This document shows, in pieces, positions 51,014-62,424 of a stretch of 64,000 nt of DNA (position 1 is its first letter; each line of letters begins with the position of its first letter). The DNA is taken from the NCBI RefSeq assembly GCF_004010195.1, contig NC_057758.1, positions 3,540,269 through 3,604,268 of the forward strand, given 5' to 3'. Made by a program: the position numbers and the translations under genes. Origin of the DNA: Chiloscyllium plagiosum (taxonomy: Eukaryota). The notes under the pieces are model-generated. The model worked only from the letters and a program-made list of their open reading frames with translations, did not search any database and was not told the origin of the DNA.

Positions 51014-51825
51014 ATAAGTTTATAGGAGCCATGTTTAGTTTCACTCACAGCATAGGATGCAACTTCCCCATGATATGCAGTTATGTACTGCTTGTAGTAC
51101 CAATATGCAGGCTTTTCTAATGCTCGCCATACCGTCAGATAGTTCAGCTTTCTGAATAATAAACTAGCATAGTCCATGCAGCACTCCATATTGGCCTGTC
51201 GTCTTGTAACTCCTTACTGTGTCTGGGTTGGTCCAGATTCAGATGTTGAGAGAGCGAAGATCTTGCGATGCCTTTATTCAATGTTCTCATTCTTATGATT
51301 TGGACCGTCTCAGGTCTGAATCCTTCAGTTAGTACCACTCCTCTTGTCTTTTTTTCCCTATTTCTACCATATGTTCTCAGGAGAGTAAGTATCTGTTTCT
51401 ATTTTTAATACGAATCTTCCAGTCCCTCTGTACTTTTTCTGACCTTGTTGTATTGCTCTTTAGATTATCAAGTACCGGCCTTGTGAACCTCAGAAACAAT
51501 AAAATGGTATGTTTCGGGCTGTCGCTTACTTTCTACTGTATCCCTTGTGGTGCTGTATGTTGGACAAGGGGTTGATCAGGTTTGACTCACGTCTTTGAAA
51601 TGTTTTCTCTGTCTTTGCACTCAGTGCCAATGTGTGCCACTCTGAGCTGATCATGCGTTCAGTAACTAAGGTATGCTAGGAGGAAGCTCATCGTGAATTA
51701 CTGGACAGAACAAAACATCTAACTTGCAGCTGAGGGGGATTTGACTGACTCCTGTTGTTGAACATTTAGTGGAGTTGCTGGAGGTGGTTTTCTGGATGTT
51801 GTTCTGTGACATGTCTCAGACATTA

Positions 51826-52140
51826 GGGGCGGCACGGTGGCACAGTGGTTAGCACTGCTGCATCACAGCGCCAGAGATCCGGGTTCAATTCCCGCCTCAG
51901 GCGACTGACTGTGTGGAGTTTGCACGTTCTCCCCGTGTCTGCGTGGGTTTCCTCCGGGTGCTCCGGTTTCCTCCCACAGTCCAAAGATGTGCAGGTCAGG
52001 TGAATTGGCCATACTAAATTGCCCGTAGTGTTAGGTAAGGGGTAAATGTAGGGGTATGGGTGGGTTGCGCTTCGGCGGGGCGGTGTGGACTTGTTGGGCC
52101 GAAGGGCCTGTTTCCACACTGTAAGTAATCTAATCTAATC
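51826..52140 (+). mobile_element. Young full-length HE1-type SINE
   Basis: A box TGGCACAGTGG, B box GGTTCAATTCC, (AATCT)n tail. Confidence 0.92.
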
Positions 52141-52244
52141 TTTGGAGCATGAGTACTGCAGTGCATCATCAAGGTCTGTAACATGAGCAGCAAATGGAGT
52201 CGAGTCTGCAGGGGGGTGGAAACTCTGAAAACGTAGTGCCATAA

Positions 52245-53296
52245 ACTCATAGAGATGCGCAGCAGCGAAACAGCTACTTTGGTATGACTCATCCAAGTCG
52301 ACTAGACATTATGCATTAATCTAGTCCCATTTGCCAGCATGTGGACCATATCACTCTAAACACTTAGTATTCATCTACTCATCCAGATGTCTTTTGAATA
52401 TTGCACTTGTACCAGCCTCCTGCACTTGCTCTGGCAGCTCATGTTGTACAGGCACCATCCTCTGCCTGAAACATTTGATTTTACATTCTTCTCGCATCTT
52501 TCCCTTCTCACCTTAAACCTATGCCTTCTAGTTTTGGGCTCGCCCACTCTTGAAAAAGAACATTGACTATCAGGTGTATCCATGCCTTAGCTTATTTCAT
52601 GTTTTTACTCAGCCTCCGATGCTCCAGGGAAAGCAGCCCCAACATATTCAGCCGGTCTCTACAGCACAAATTCTCGAACACTGGGAACATGCTTGTGAAT
52701 CTTATTGGCGCCATTTCATGTTTCACGCCATTTTTCCAATAGTAGGGAGATGAGAAATAAATGCTGTAATCCAAAAGTGGTCTAACTAATGCCTTTCATG
52801 GCCACGACATGATTTCCCTACTCCAAGACTCAGTGCAGTGACCAAAAAAGGCCAATCGTAAAGAACACCTTCTTCACTATCCTGTCTGCCTATGCTACTG
52901 ATTTCAAGGATTAGAGAATCTAATCTAATCTAATCTAATCTAACGTTGCAATGTGCCCATGCATGGCACGTCATGTTGGTGAATACCCACAGCCCTAAAA
53001 GTAGCCATAGCTTCTTCATTCAGAAGCAGTCAGCCATTATCAATGGTTTCTGAACTTGTACTCCAAGGACTCTTGGTTCGGCAAAACTCTCTTGATTCTG
53101 TACATAAGTCAAGCCTTGATTTGCCAGACCAAAATACAGCAACTTACATTTATCAAAGTTAATCTGAATCTGGTACTCCTTGGCCCAACGACCCATTTAC
53201 TTAAGGCCTCAACGGACTCGGAGATAACATTCATCGTTGCCCATTAAACCATCAATTATGGTGTCATTTGCAAACTCACTTACGATCGGCTTCCTA
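52245..53296 (-). mobile_element. CR1 ORF2 3' part
   Basis: KTRRHRFKVR and RLNMLGLLSLEHRRL in minus-strand ORFs. Confidence 0.8.
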
Positions 53297-53726
53297 TAAT
53301 ATCATTTATTGTGCATCCACTAATATCATTTATTGTATCCGTTGCTCCCGATGCGGTCTCCTCTACATTGGGGAGACTGGGCGCCTCCTAGCAGAGCGCT
53401 TTATGGAACATCTGCGAGACACCCGCACCAATCAACCACACCGCCCCGTGGCCCAACATTTCAACTCCCCCTCCCACTCTGCCGAGGACATGGAGGTCCT
53501 GGGCCTCCTTCACCGCCGCTCCCTCACCACCAGACGCCTGGAGGAAGAACGACTCATCTTCCACCTCGGAACACTTCAACCCCAGGGCCTCAACGTGGAA
53601 TTCAGCAGCTTCCTCATTTCCCCTTCCCCCACCTCATCCTAGTTTCAACCTTCCAGCTCAGCACTGCCCCCATGACTTGTCCGGACTTGTCCGACCTGCC
53701 TAGCTCCTTTTCCACCTATCCACTCC
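53297..53726 (+). mobile_element. Penelope family A GIY-YIG fragment, absent from copy A
   Basis: NIIYCIRCSRCGLLYIGETGRLLAERFMEH...PVAQHFN. Confidence 0.9.
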
Positions 53727-54443
53727 AAAATCACAAAAAATGAACATTACACCAATTATTCTGGCGCACCATTGGTCACAAGCATCCATTCCAAAACGTA
53801 TGCCTTCACCACACTCTCTGACTACTATCTTCAATCCAATTTTGTATTCAAATATCTTTTTAGCGCTGTATTCCATGCAATGTCACTGTACTTAACAGTC
53901 TACCATGACAAACCCTGTTGAACGCCCTACTGAAATCTGAAAATGCAATGACCACAGGTGTGTGCATGTGTGTGTGTGTGCGTGCGTGCGTGTGTTTTGG
54001 AGTGTGGGTGAGATAGGGAAGTAATTTGATGCATCCATCCCAGGATTTATAAGAACACGTCCCCAACCTAAGCTTAACCCAGCAGCAGTGTGTGGGGGAA
54101 CCCTAATTTAATAAGGAGCTGGTCACAGAGCGATGTCACCTCCTGCAACACGACTTGCAGCTTCACACCAGGGAGAGGATAGTGCTAGAGTCACAGTTTC
54201 ATTCAGTTTCGAATATCCGGAAATGGCCTGGAACGTATGGGTAACATATCAATCATCTCCCATGATGCTTACATCAATGTTGGAGGATATATATTGCGGA
54301 TTAGGTTAATGCAATGCGCACTCTCTCAGCAGGGAACAACCCAGTGTATGCTTGTTTTCCCAGTATAGCGGTACTCACGATCATATACATGGACCTATGT
54401 GGTCCACATGTCATCGCGGAGAAGTAGAGGGACTGAAGAATCT

Positions 54444-54770
54444 CTCGGTGATTATCACTGCTGTCTCACAGCGCCAGGATTCCAGGTTCGATTCCAGCCT
54501 TGGGCGACTATCTGTGTGGAGTTTGCGCATGCTCCCGATGTCTGCATGGGTTTTCAGAGGGTGCTCCGGTTTGCTCCCACAGTCAAAAGATGTGCAGGCC
54601 AGGTTAATTGGCCATGCTAAATTGTCCATAGTGTTAGATGCATCAGTCAGAGGGAAATGGGTCAAGGTGGGTGACTCTTGGGTGGGGGTGTGTGGGGAGG
54701 TCAGTGTGGACTTGTTGGGACGAAGGACCTGTTTCCACGCTGTAGAGAATCTAATCTAATCTAATGTAAT
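54444..54770 (+). mobile_element. HE1-type SINE
   Basis: GGTTCGATTCC B box and (AATCT)n tail. Confidence 0.85.
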
Positions 54771-57360
54771 ATAATAGAATCTAATGTTGAAATGTGCCCA
54801 TACATGGCACGTCGTGTTGGTGAATAAACACAGTCCGAAAAACAGCCAGAGCCTCTTCATTTAGAAACAGTCAGCCATTCCCAACGGCTTCATGTCTTCA
54901 CGTGCAAGGAAAAAAATGGCCTTTCAGATTGACGTCATATCCTTAATACGGGGCTTGAAACACCCCCCTGCTCATCACTTGCCACTGAGAGAAATGGGAC
55001 AACTGAGAACATGACAGAGCAGTCCATCAGATTTAGCAAAACCTCCGAAGTTTGAACGGGTAAGAGTGAATCTTCCAGTTCACACTGTATCACGAATGCT
55101 GCTATCTCTCTCCCTTTTACTCACATACTGCCTCACCTTCGCCCTGAAACTATAATGAATGGGATATGTCATGTTATATTCGATCTTCCAACCTTTAACC
55201 CGCTGTTTTCCCCTCCAAGTATTCATTTGGACACCTTGCACCTTATCTGAATGATACAATTGTCTGTTTACCTTAACGTCATCGCCTAACATAGTTACAG
55301 TGTATTTATGCGAAATCATCGATACGGATTCCAAACAGCTGAACACCCAATACTGCTTACTGTGTGACTTGACATGATATGTTCTGTCAAACTGATCAAG
55401 GATGATTTATTTCGAGTTTCTGATTGCTGTTTGGTACCTATTCCTACCGCATTCTCATGTCACACATTCAGCTTCTTATCGACATCCATGACTTGAATGA
55501 GAATGTACAAGGCATGATTCGCAAGTTGCTGATGAAACTAAAGTAGATGATACCATCGAAAGTTCGGAAGGTTATCAGAAATTACAGCAGGATCTTGACC
55601 AGCCGGGGAAGTCGGCCGAGTAATGCAAAATGGAGTTTCGTGTAGATAAGTGTGAGGTGTTGTGTTTTGGCACCTCAAATAAGGGTAGGAATTTTATGGT
55701 CAATGTTCGGACCTGAAGGAGTGTTCCAGAATAGTGGGACCATGGAGTTCAGGTTCACAGTTCTCTTAAAGTGGAGTCACAGATCGGTAGGGCAGTGAGG
55801 ACGGCCTTTGGCAGACTGACCTTCATCGATCAGGGCACTGAGTACAGAAATTGCACAATTATGTTAGAGCTAAAAAATGACGTTAATGAGGCCGAACTCG
55901 GAGTATAAGTGTTCAGGTTGGGTCACCTTGCTGTCGAAAGGATGTCATTAAACTGGAAAGAGTGCAGAAGAAATTTGCAATAATGTTGCCAGGACTCAAC
56001 ACTCTCATTTGTAGCGAGAGTTTGGATAATATCGGACATTTTTCCATATTTTGTTGGAGACTGTGTGAGATCCTCATAGAAGTGTATAAGGTCATGAGGG
56101 GCATGGATAGACTGAATGCACTCATCATTTTTCACAGCATTGGGAACCGAGGGTGAGCGTGCATAAGTTTAAGGTTAGAGTGGAAAGAGTAAAATGGAAA
56201 CTGAGGCGCAATTGTTTTGCAACGAGTGTGCTACGCATATGGAATGAACACAATTCCACGAGGTAAAATTTTATTTCACATACCTTTCTAGATTACTCTC
56301 TGCTCTCTCGCATTCAGCTCCGCCCCGAGTCAAGTGGACCCCTCTGACACCTGTCTTTAAATTAGTCTTATTTGTGAACTTGAACTTGATATTGAGTCCA
56401 GAGTGTTGCAAATTGTCTCAGCAGAATATGAGGTGTTTCTTTTCCAAATGATGGTGAGCTTCGCTGAAGCACTGGACTAAGCCTGAGAAAAATGATGGAC
56501 AGGGAATAGGTTCGTGTGTGCAAGTGTAAGACAGCTGGAAGCTCTGGTTCACTTTTGCGGGTAGAATTTAGAGGCTCTATGAAGTAGCCATGCAGTCTGG
56601 TGCCCTGACTTGTGAACTGATTATCGGCGGAAAATGTCATTTCTTTTTCCAGAACTGATCATCGGATGAAATGACAGTTTTCTTTCCAGAACCAAGGGGT
56701 TAAAAGTAAACGATAATTGGGGAGAAATCCCAAAGAGAGAGAAGAACAGTTAGACAGAAAAAGGAGTGGAACAATCTATGGAGCGTTCTTCAACTGATGG
56801 TATTAGTCACTGGCCAAAAGTCAGTGAATTGACCAAAAGACATGATTCTCAAGAAAGACATCACGTTGCAGGGAGAAGGACACATTGTTTCGAAGTACAT
56901 TCAGGCAGTTAAAGGAGTGAACGTTTTTGTTTGTGTTTACGTTTCTTCAGGACAGAATGGCCACCACAACTTAGACTGAAAGACAGGAATTTCCAACCTC
57001 CGTTTGTCTGGAAGGAAACGGTTGTACCGTTCAGAACTGTTAAGAACAATTTTCACTTTTCCTGTCAGGAAATGTAAAGAAATAACCTTTGTTTACTTGC
57101 AAGTGATAGAGTGTGTGACAGTATCTTAGAAACTATATGTTCTTATGAATGTTCAGCTCCGTGTTTGGGAATGGAGGAATTCTTGTATTTACGTCACATC
57201 TCTAAAGTAATTCAGACATTGCGCTGTGTTATTACAGCTCCAATAATTTCAATAGATCTCTAAATACAGTGAGCCATTTGAAATCTGATTCTGTCCGCAA
57301 TAAAACTGACAACTTTACCTCCAGGATGATGCATAATTTCTTTGTTTACCTTCCTTACAG

Positions 57361-58268
57361 TTACCAGAGTGACAATCTTCATCCTGCTTCATAAAGATTG
57401 TGGATTGTCTCCCTGTGTCAGTCGTTACCTGGGGGCCATGGCAGTGGCGGATCTACTGGTCATTATCCTCGATCTGATATTGAGACACATTCCCATTGTT
57501 TATTGGGAAGAGTTTACTTTCCTGTTGTACATCAAAGTGTGTAATATCCACGCCGTACTACTTTATGCAGAAACTGACTGTTCTGTCTGTTTCGCAGTCA
57601 CTTTCATCTTTGATCGGTTTGTAGACATTTGTTGCCAGAACCTGAAAAGTAAATACTGCAGTGAGAAAACGGCGGCTGTGGTTCTTGGAGCAGTGACTGT
57701 GCTGAGCTGCTTAAACAACATTTTCTGGTATTTCATGCTGTTAGGGCTGTATAGTCTGGATAACATCCTCTGGTTTTGTCACACAACAAGCAGTGTTCAA
57801 TCCTCTCGTGTCTGGACTGCAATCGAGTTCCTCCATCACGTCCTAAACCCGGCTCTTCCATTTCTCCTGATTGTACTACTCAATATTTTCACCATCAGAC
57901 ACATTTTAGTGACCAGCAGAACCCGCAAGAGACTGCGTGCTCACACAAATAGGGACGGTCAGTGTGATACAGAAATGCGAAATCGACAAAGATCCATAAT
58001 TTTGCTGTTTGTGATCTCGGACAATTTCATCTTGTTATGGTCAATGCTGATGGTATATTCTATATGGAACCGGATGTTGTATTTAGGGTATAGGTCTGTG
58101 TATGTCTATCCATTTGTGCAGGAATTAGGCTTCATGCTGCAGCTCCTCAGTTGCTGCACAAACACAGCGATATTTGCTGTGACCCAGAAAAATTTCAGAC
58201 GGCAGTTGAAGAATGTTCTGAAGTATCCCTTTATACAAATTCAAAAATCAATCCTATTCACTCATTAA
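57361..58268 (+). CDS. GPR139/GPR142-like GPCR exon 2 (copy B); ORF intact, exon 1 not found
   Basis: Acceptor ccttccttacag, phase 1. Hydrophobic TM segments, FDRFVDICC, SIILLFVIS, LQLLSCCTNTAIF. Confidence 0.88.
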
Positions 58269-58332
58269 TCAATCAATTCAGGATTTTCATATTTCAATTC
58301 AATGTTTCAGCAGTTAAGCAGCTTGTCAATAT

Positions 58333-58453
58333 CCTCGACCTGATATTGAGACACATTCCCATTGTTTATTGGGAAGAGTTTACTTTCCTGTTGTACATCC
58401 AAGTGTGTAATATCCACGCCGTACTACTTTATGCAGAAACTGACTGTTCTGTC
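58333..58453 (+). repeat. 121-bp copy of GPCR B coding sequence (57467-57587) in its own 3' flank
   Basis: Two mismatches to the source; absent from copy A. Confidence 0.92.
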
Positions 58454-59002
58454 TGAGGACGGTACTGGTTTGTCCATCCTTATCCTCTGACAGGTGATTA
58501 CAGGGGTATATCTCAGTGTTTCTCTCAACTCAGGAGCCAGCCAGGCAAGGCACTGCTCTCACCTGACTGTATCCATAACTTCCAACTCGTAACTGATTAA
58601 AACGTTCATTAAAAAGTGTCAAGCAGTAGAGTTTGTCTTTGCTTTGAAGAAGCTGAGCTGGAGATTCTAACCCATGTCCCTGTCATCCGAGAAGGGGATG
58701 GAACCGGATGGGACACAAGAATTCTGTTGAAGTCATTCTGTCCTTGTTTTCACCTCTGTGTTAAACACCCCGTCCTGGCCTCAGCAGAATTCAACTTTCT
58801 CTCTGTTCCCCTCCATTCATATCTTTCTCCCATTCTCACAATTTCTCTCATTTGTACTCACTGCACCTCCTATTTTGTAATTGCTGTTCACTGAATCTCC
58901 CTCCCCCATTCTCATTCACTGTCTCTTCGTCTTGCTCTCCCTGTGCCTCCTCCATTCTCTCTCTTTCAAATCCTGTACACCTCCAACTCCCTCTTAGCTT
59001 CT

Positions 59003-60790
59003 GTTGCTGGAGAAACAGGGTGCGTTTACGTTTGCAATCTGTTGTTTGGGGAACAGAACGGGACGCACATATAGAGTGTGGGGTTTCATCAAAATGCAAT
59101 TTCTCGTGGACTCTGTATGTGAGACCAATGGATGTTACTCGGGCAAAGGGTGACCGTCGGACAATATTCCTGTGAATGCAACACATTGTGTGCAACTACT
59201 GTTTGTTGCTGTGGAAACAGAATGGTTATGAGTTCACAGCCAGTTTCTACTGGGTTAGAGTGAACATGTTGTCAGAGGCGGTTGCTCGGAGAATAAAGCA
59301 GGGACGTGCTCAAATTAGAGATGCAATTGTTATGGGAAAAGTATATACGTGGAACAACTTGGCTTTCGTAGGTGTTCACTGGGATGGTTTTGACAATGTT
59401 TTATTCCGAGGGAAAATTATGTGGAAGTGGACAAAGCCTGTTGTTAATGCAACAGTGCAGTGGTGGTCCAACAGCCAGTTATTCGGGCAAGAAAAGCAGG
59501 TGTAAGATCATGAACCCTTGTCAGAGAAACAGTGTGGTGGTGGGGCTGACGGATGTTGTCTTTGGAAGAATGTGGGATGGGCCCACATTCCGTTGCCAGG
59601 GGAAAATAATTGGTGTTCGACCACTGTCCTTTGCTGGGGGGCAGAGTGGCTGTGTGCACAAAGGCCGTTGCTTGGAGAAAGGGTTGGGGAAAGGTGGACA
59701 GACGATTGCTGGGTGAATAGAATGAGGAATGGGTCACAAGCCTTTGTCATTGGAACAGATTAGGTACAGATTATCAGGCCATTGCTGACAGGAAAGCAAG
59801 GTTGTGAGAGCATAAGCATTGCAAAGGATAACAGAGGGAGCTGATGACGTTGGATGTTCATGTGGGATCAGAGTAGCGGTGCAACAATTGCTAGTTGCTC
59901 GTCAATCGAAATGGATATATGACCACAAAAGGAATAGAAAGGTGATGGATCCAGCAGTCTTTGCTAAGAGAGAATATTAGATGCAGAATCACTGACTGGT
60001 GTTTCAAGAACAGGTTGTGGTTAGGTCCACAGTCCGTTGCTAGGGGAAGAGAGTGAGCGTGAGAATGCAGTCTGTTGCTGGGGGAGCAGCGTGGAAACAT
60101 TGCAGCAAGCCTTTGCTCAGGGAACAGAGAGGGTGTTTGGCTGGAAACCATTGTTAAGCGAAACAGTCGTCGTTTAAGCCTCCTTCTGTGTCCAGGGGAA
60201 CACTGTGTTTGCGGGGTCACACACTGATGCTATGAGAAAGGTGGATCAGGTGATTTCAAAGGCTTTGCTTTGGAATAGTGTGGGTGCATTGCGACAATCC
60301 TTTCTGAAGGAGGAAGTGTGGGTGGAATCAGAGCCGACTTTACAGGCTGTGGTGCTGCAGGCCTCTGCTTGGGTAAAGGTTGAGAATAGGCCACAGTCTG
60401 TTTCTCGTTAAGCAGAATCGGAAGGATCTGCAGGTATATAGCCTGAGAACCGAGTCGGGTTGGACTGCTGACCTTTCCTTGGGGAAAGTAAGGGAGTGGA
60501 ACCATTGATCATTGATAAAGAACAGAGTACAGATGCTACACAGGCCAATTCTGAGGGAACAGATTTTGTATGTGACTATTATGCTGCTGTGGGAACAGAG
60601 GGGTAGGATTACAGACCGTTGCTCGGGGAACAATGTGTGTGGGACAACTGACTGTTGCTATGGCAAGTGAGATTAGATGGAGTAGGAGGCCATTGATATT
60701 GGACGAATTATGTGGTAGGCCAAAGATCCATTCCCAGAGGATTAGAGGGGATAGTGTGACCGGGCTCGCAGAACAGAGTAGGCTTTGGGT
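59003..60790 (+). repeat. Cryptic ~38-bp period array with RFX X-box-like cores, copy B
   Basis: Cores at 59440, 59478, 59517, 59555, 59592, 59630, 59667, 59705, 59743, 59781, 59818, 59856 and 59960, 59998, 60036, 60074, 60112, 60150, 60188, 60226, 60264. Confidence 0.85.
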
Positions 60791-61199
60791 GAGATAACTC
60801 CACAGAGATCATCATTCCCAGATAGTTGGGAAAAAAAAGAACCTGACTCAATGCTGCCCTTTGGTGAGAAATTCTACCATCCTCACCTGATATCCACACA
60901 TGTACACAGATTCAAAGCGTTGTTCCTTCATTTTAGCCTTGATATGTTTCAGATCATTGTTAGATATTTGTATGATGATTCTAGCCTTACATCCAAAAAC
61001 AGCAAGAAACTTTTATATCTATCCCAGTGCTTTGTATTATTGCCACAAAACTTCAATTCTATCCCACCCTTAAATAATGCAACCGTGGGTTTGTGTCATT
61101 TTACTGCCTTGCCATTGAATATTTGCTGTCCATCCACCATTCTCGTTTACCAACATTGAACTGACTTGAGCAAGGACTCCCAAGTCCACATTCTTTCTT

Positions 61200-61715
61200 G
61201 TCTTTCCCTGTTTATAAGATGAGTGAGACTTGGTTTATCTGGCTGTTTCAAGGCACGTTGGAACGAAGTATGTAGAGAGATGGTCAGGTTAGGATTACTT
61301 TCACTGGAGTTCAGTGAGTGAGGGAGGGTATCATAAAATCTTATAAAGTTTCTAACATGACTAGACAGGGCAGATGCAGGGAGGCTGTTCCTAATGGTGC
61401 ATATGTCCAGATCCAGGGGTTACTGCCTGAAGATTCGAGGTGAGCCATTTATGTTCGAGATGAGGAGGCTTTTCTTCACCCAAATAATGGTGGACCTCTG
61501 GAATTCATTATCACAGGAAGTATTGATTCCAGAACAGTGTATGTTTTCAAGAGGCGGTTAGATGTTGCACTTAGTGCAAATGGGCTGAAAGCTTATGGGG
61601 AGAAATGAAAGGTCAGGCTATTGAGCTGAAAGATCAGTAACGGACGTGATGAATAACGGTGAGTTGTTGGAAAGGCCGTATTGCCTCCTCCTTCTCCTAT
61701 CTTCTATGTTCCTCT
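61200..61715 (+). mobile_element. CR1 3' fragment
   Basis: RLGLLSLEF and FFTQ..V.LWNSL motifs. Confidence 0.75.
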
Positions 61716-62424
61716 GATATCAGTGTTGTGCTAGCATGAACTGGCTGCTGTGACCAAACTTTAAATAGTTGACTGACACCTTCTAATTACTCGTCCTGGT
61801 TTGCAGATTAAAACGTACCTTACTTTTTGTATGTCTCTCAGCCTCCTACAGATGAATCTCAGCGAGATGTGAGCTGGTTCTTGTTTTAGAATTAGAAGGG
61901 ACAATATAAACTCAATATTAAAGATTTAAACTGGGTGAAGGAACAGATAATCCTTCAGTTTGGTTGTGGAAATCTGACAGCACACGTGAGAGACAAATGT
62001 GACAAACGTGTTTTCATTCAGAAATCCCTGCCTTGCAAAGATATCAGTCTGAAATGGAGAAGCAGGATATGTAGAACTCTGTTAGAAATAATGTGCAAGT
62101 TTCGATTGACGAAGATAAAAATTCCTGAATATGTTTGAACTTACTGCTCTGAGAGAATTAGACGTTTCAGTAGATCCTGCTTACTTCTCAAGCTTCAAAC
62201 GGACAGAGCGACATACATGTACAAAACGTGACATTTCAGGTCATCCACTGAATAATAGGTGTGGAACCTTGTTCAGGATCTGTCTCAGAATTTACCTCGT
62301 CTCTGCCTTGTTTTATGCAGAAAACATAATTTTATAAAAAAAAACGCATTTGCTTCAAATGTTCTGCATTTAAAAGGAAGCAGAATTACCAATAAACGAA
62401 TGCCTGGAGCTTTTGGTACAATTT

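Larger units (their letters stand above)
53180..61147 (+). repeat. Inverted segmental duplication, copy B
   Basis: Reverse complement of 13583-20460 with a few indels. Confidence 0.95.

Noticed and set aside
51826..51900. tRNA gene
   Set aside because: The A/B boxes are the tRNA-derived head of a SINE that continues into body and tail.
57342..57360. ORF-track start of the 308-aa GPCR
   Set aside because: The TTG start lies in the intron polypyrimidine tract. The exon begins at 57361, and the same issue applies to 16863.
59003..60790. CRISPR array interpretation of the 38-bp periodic array
   Set aside because: Vertebrate context, no cas genes, and cores that are short and much more variable than CRISPR repeats.
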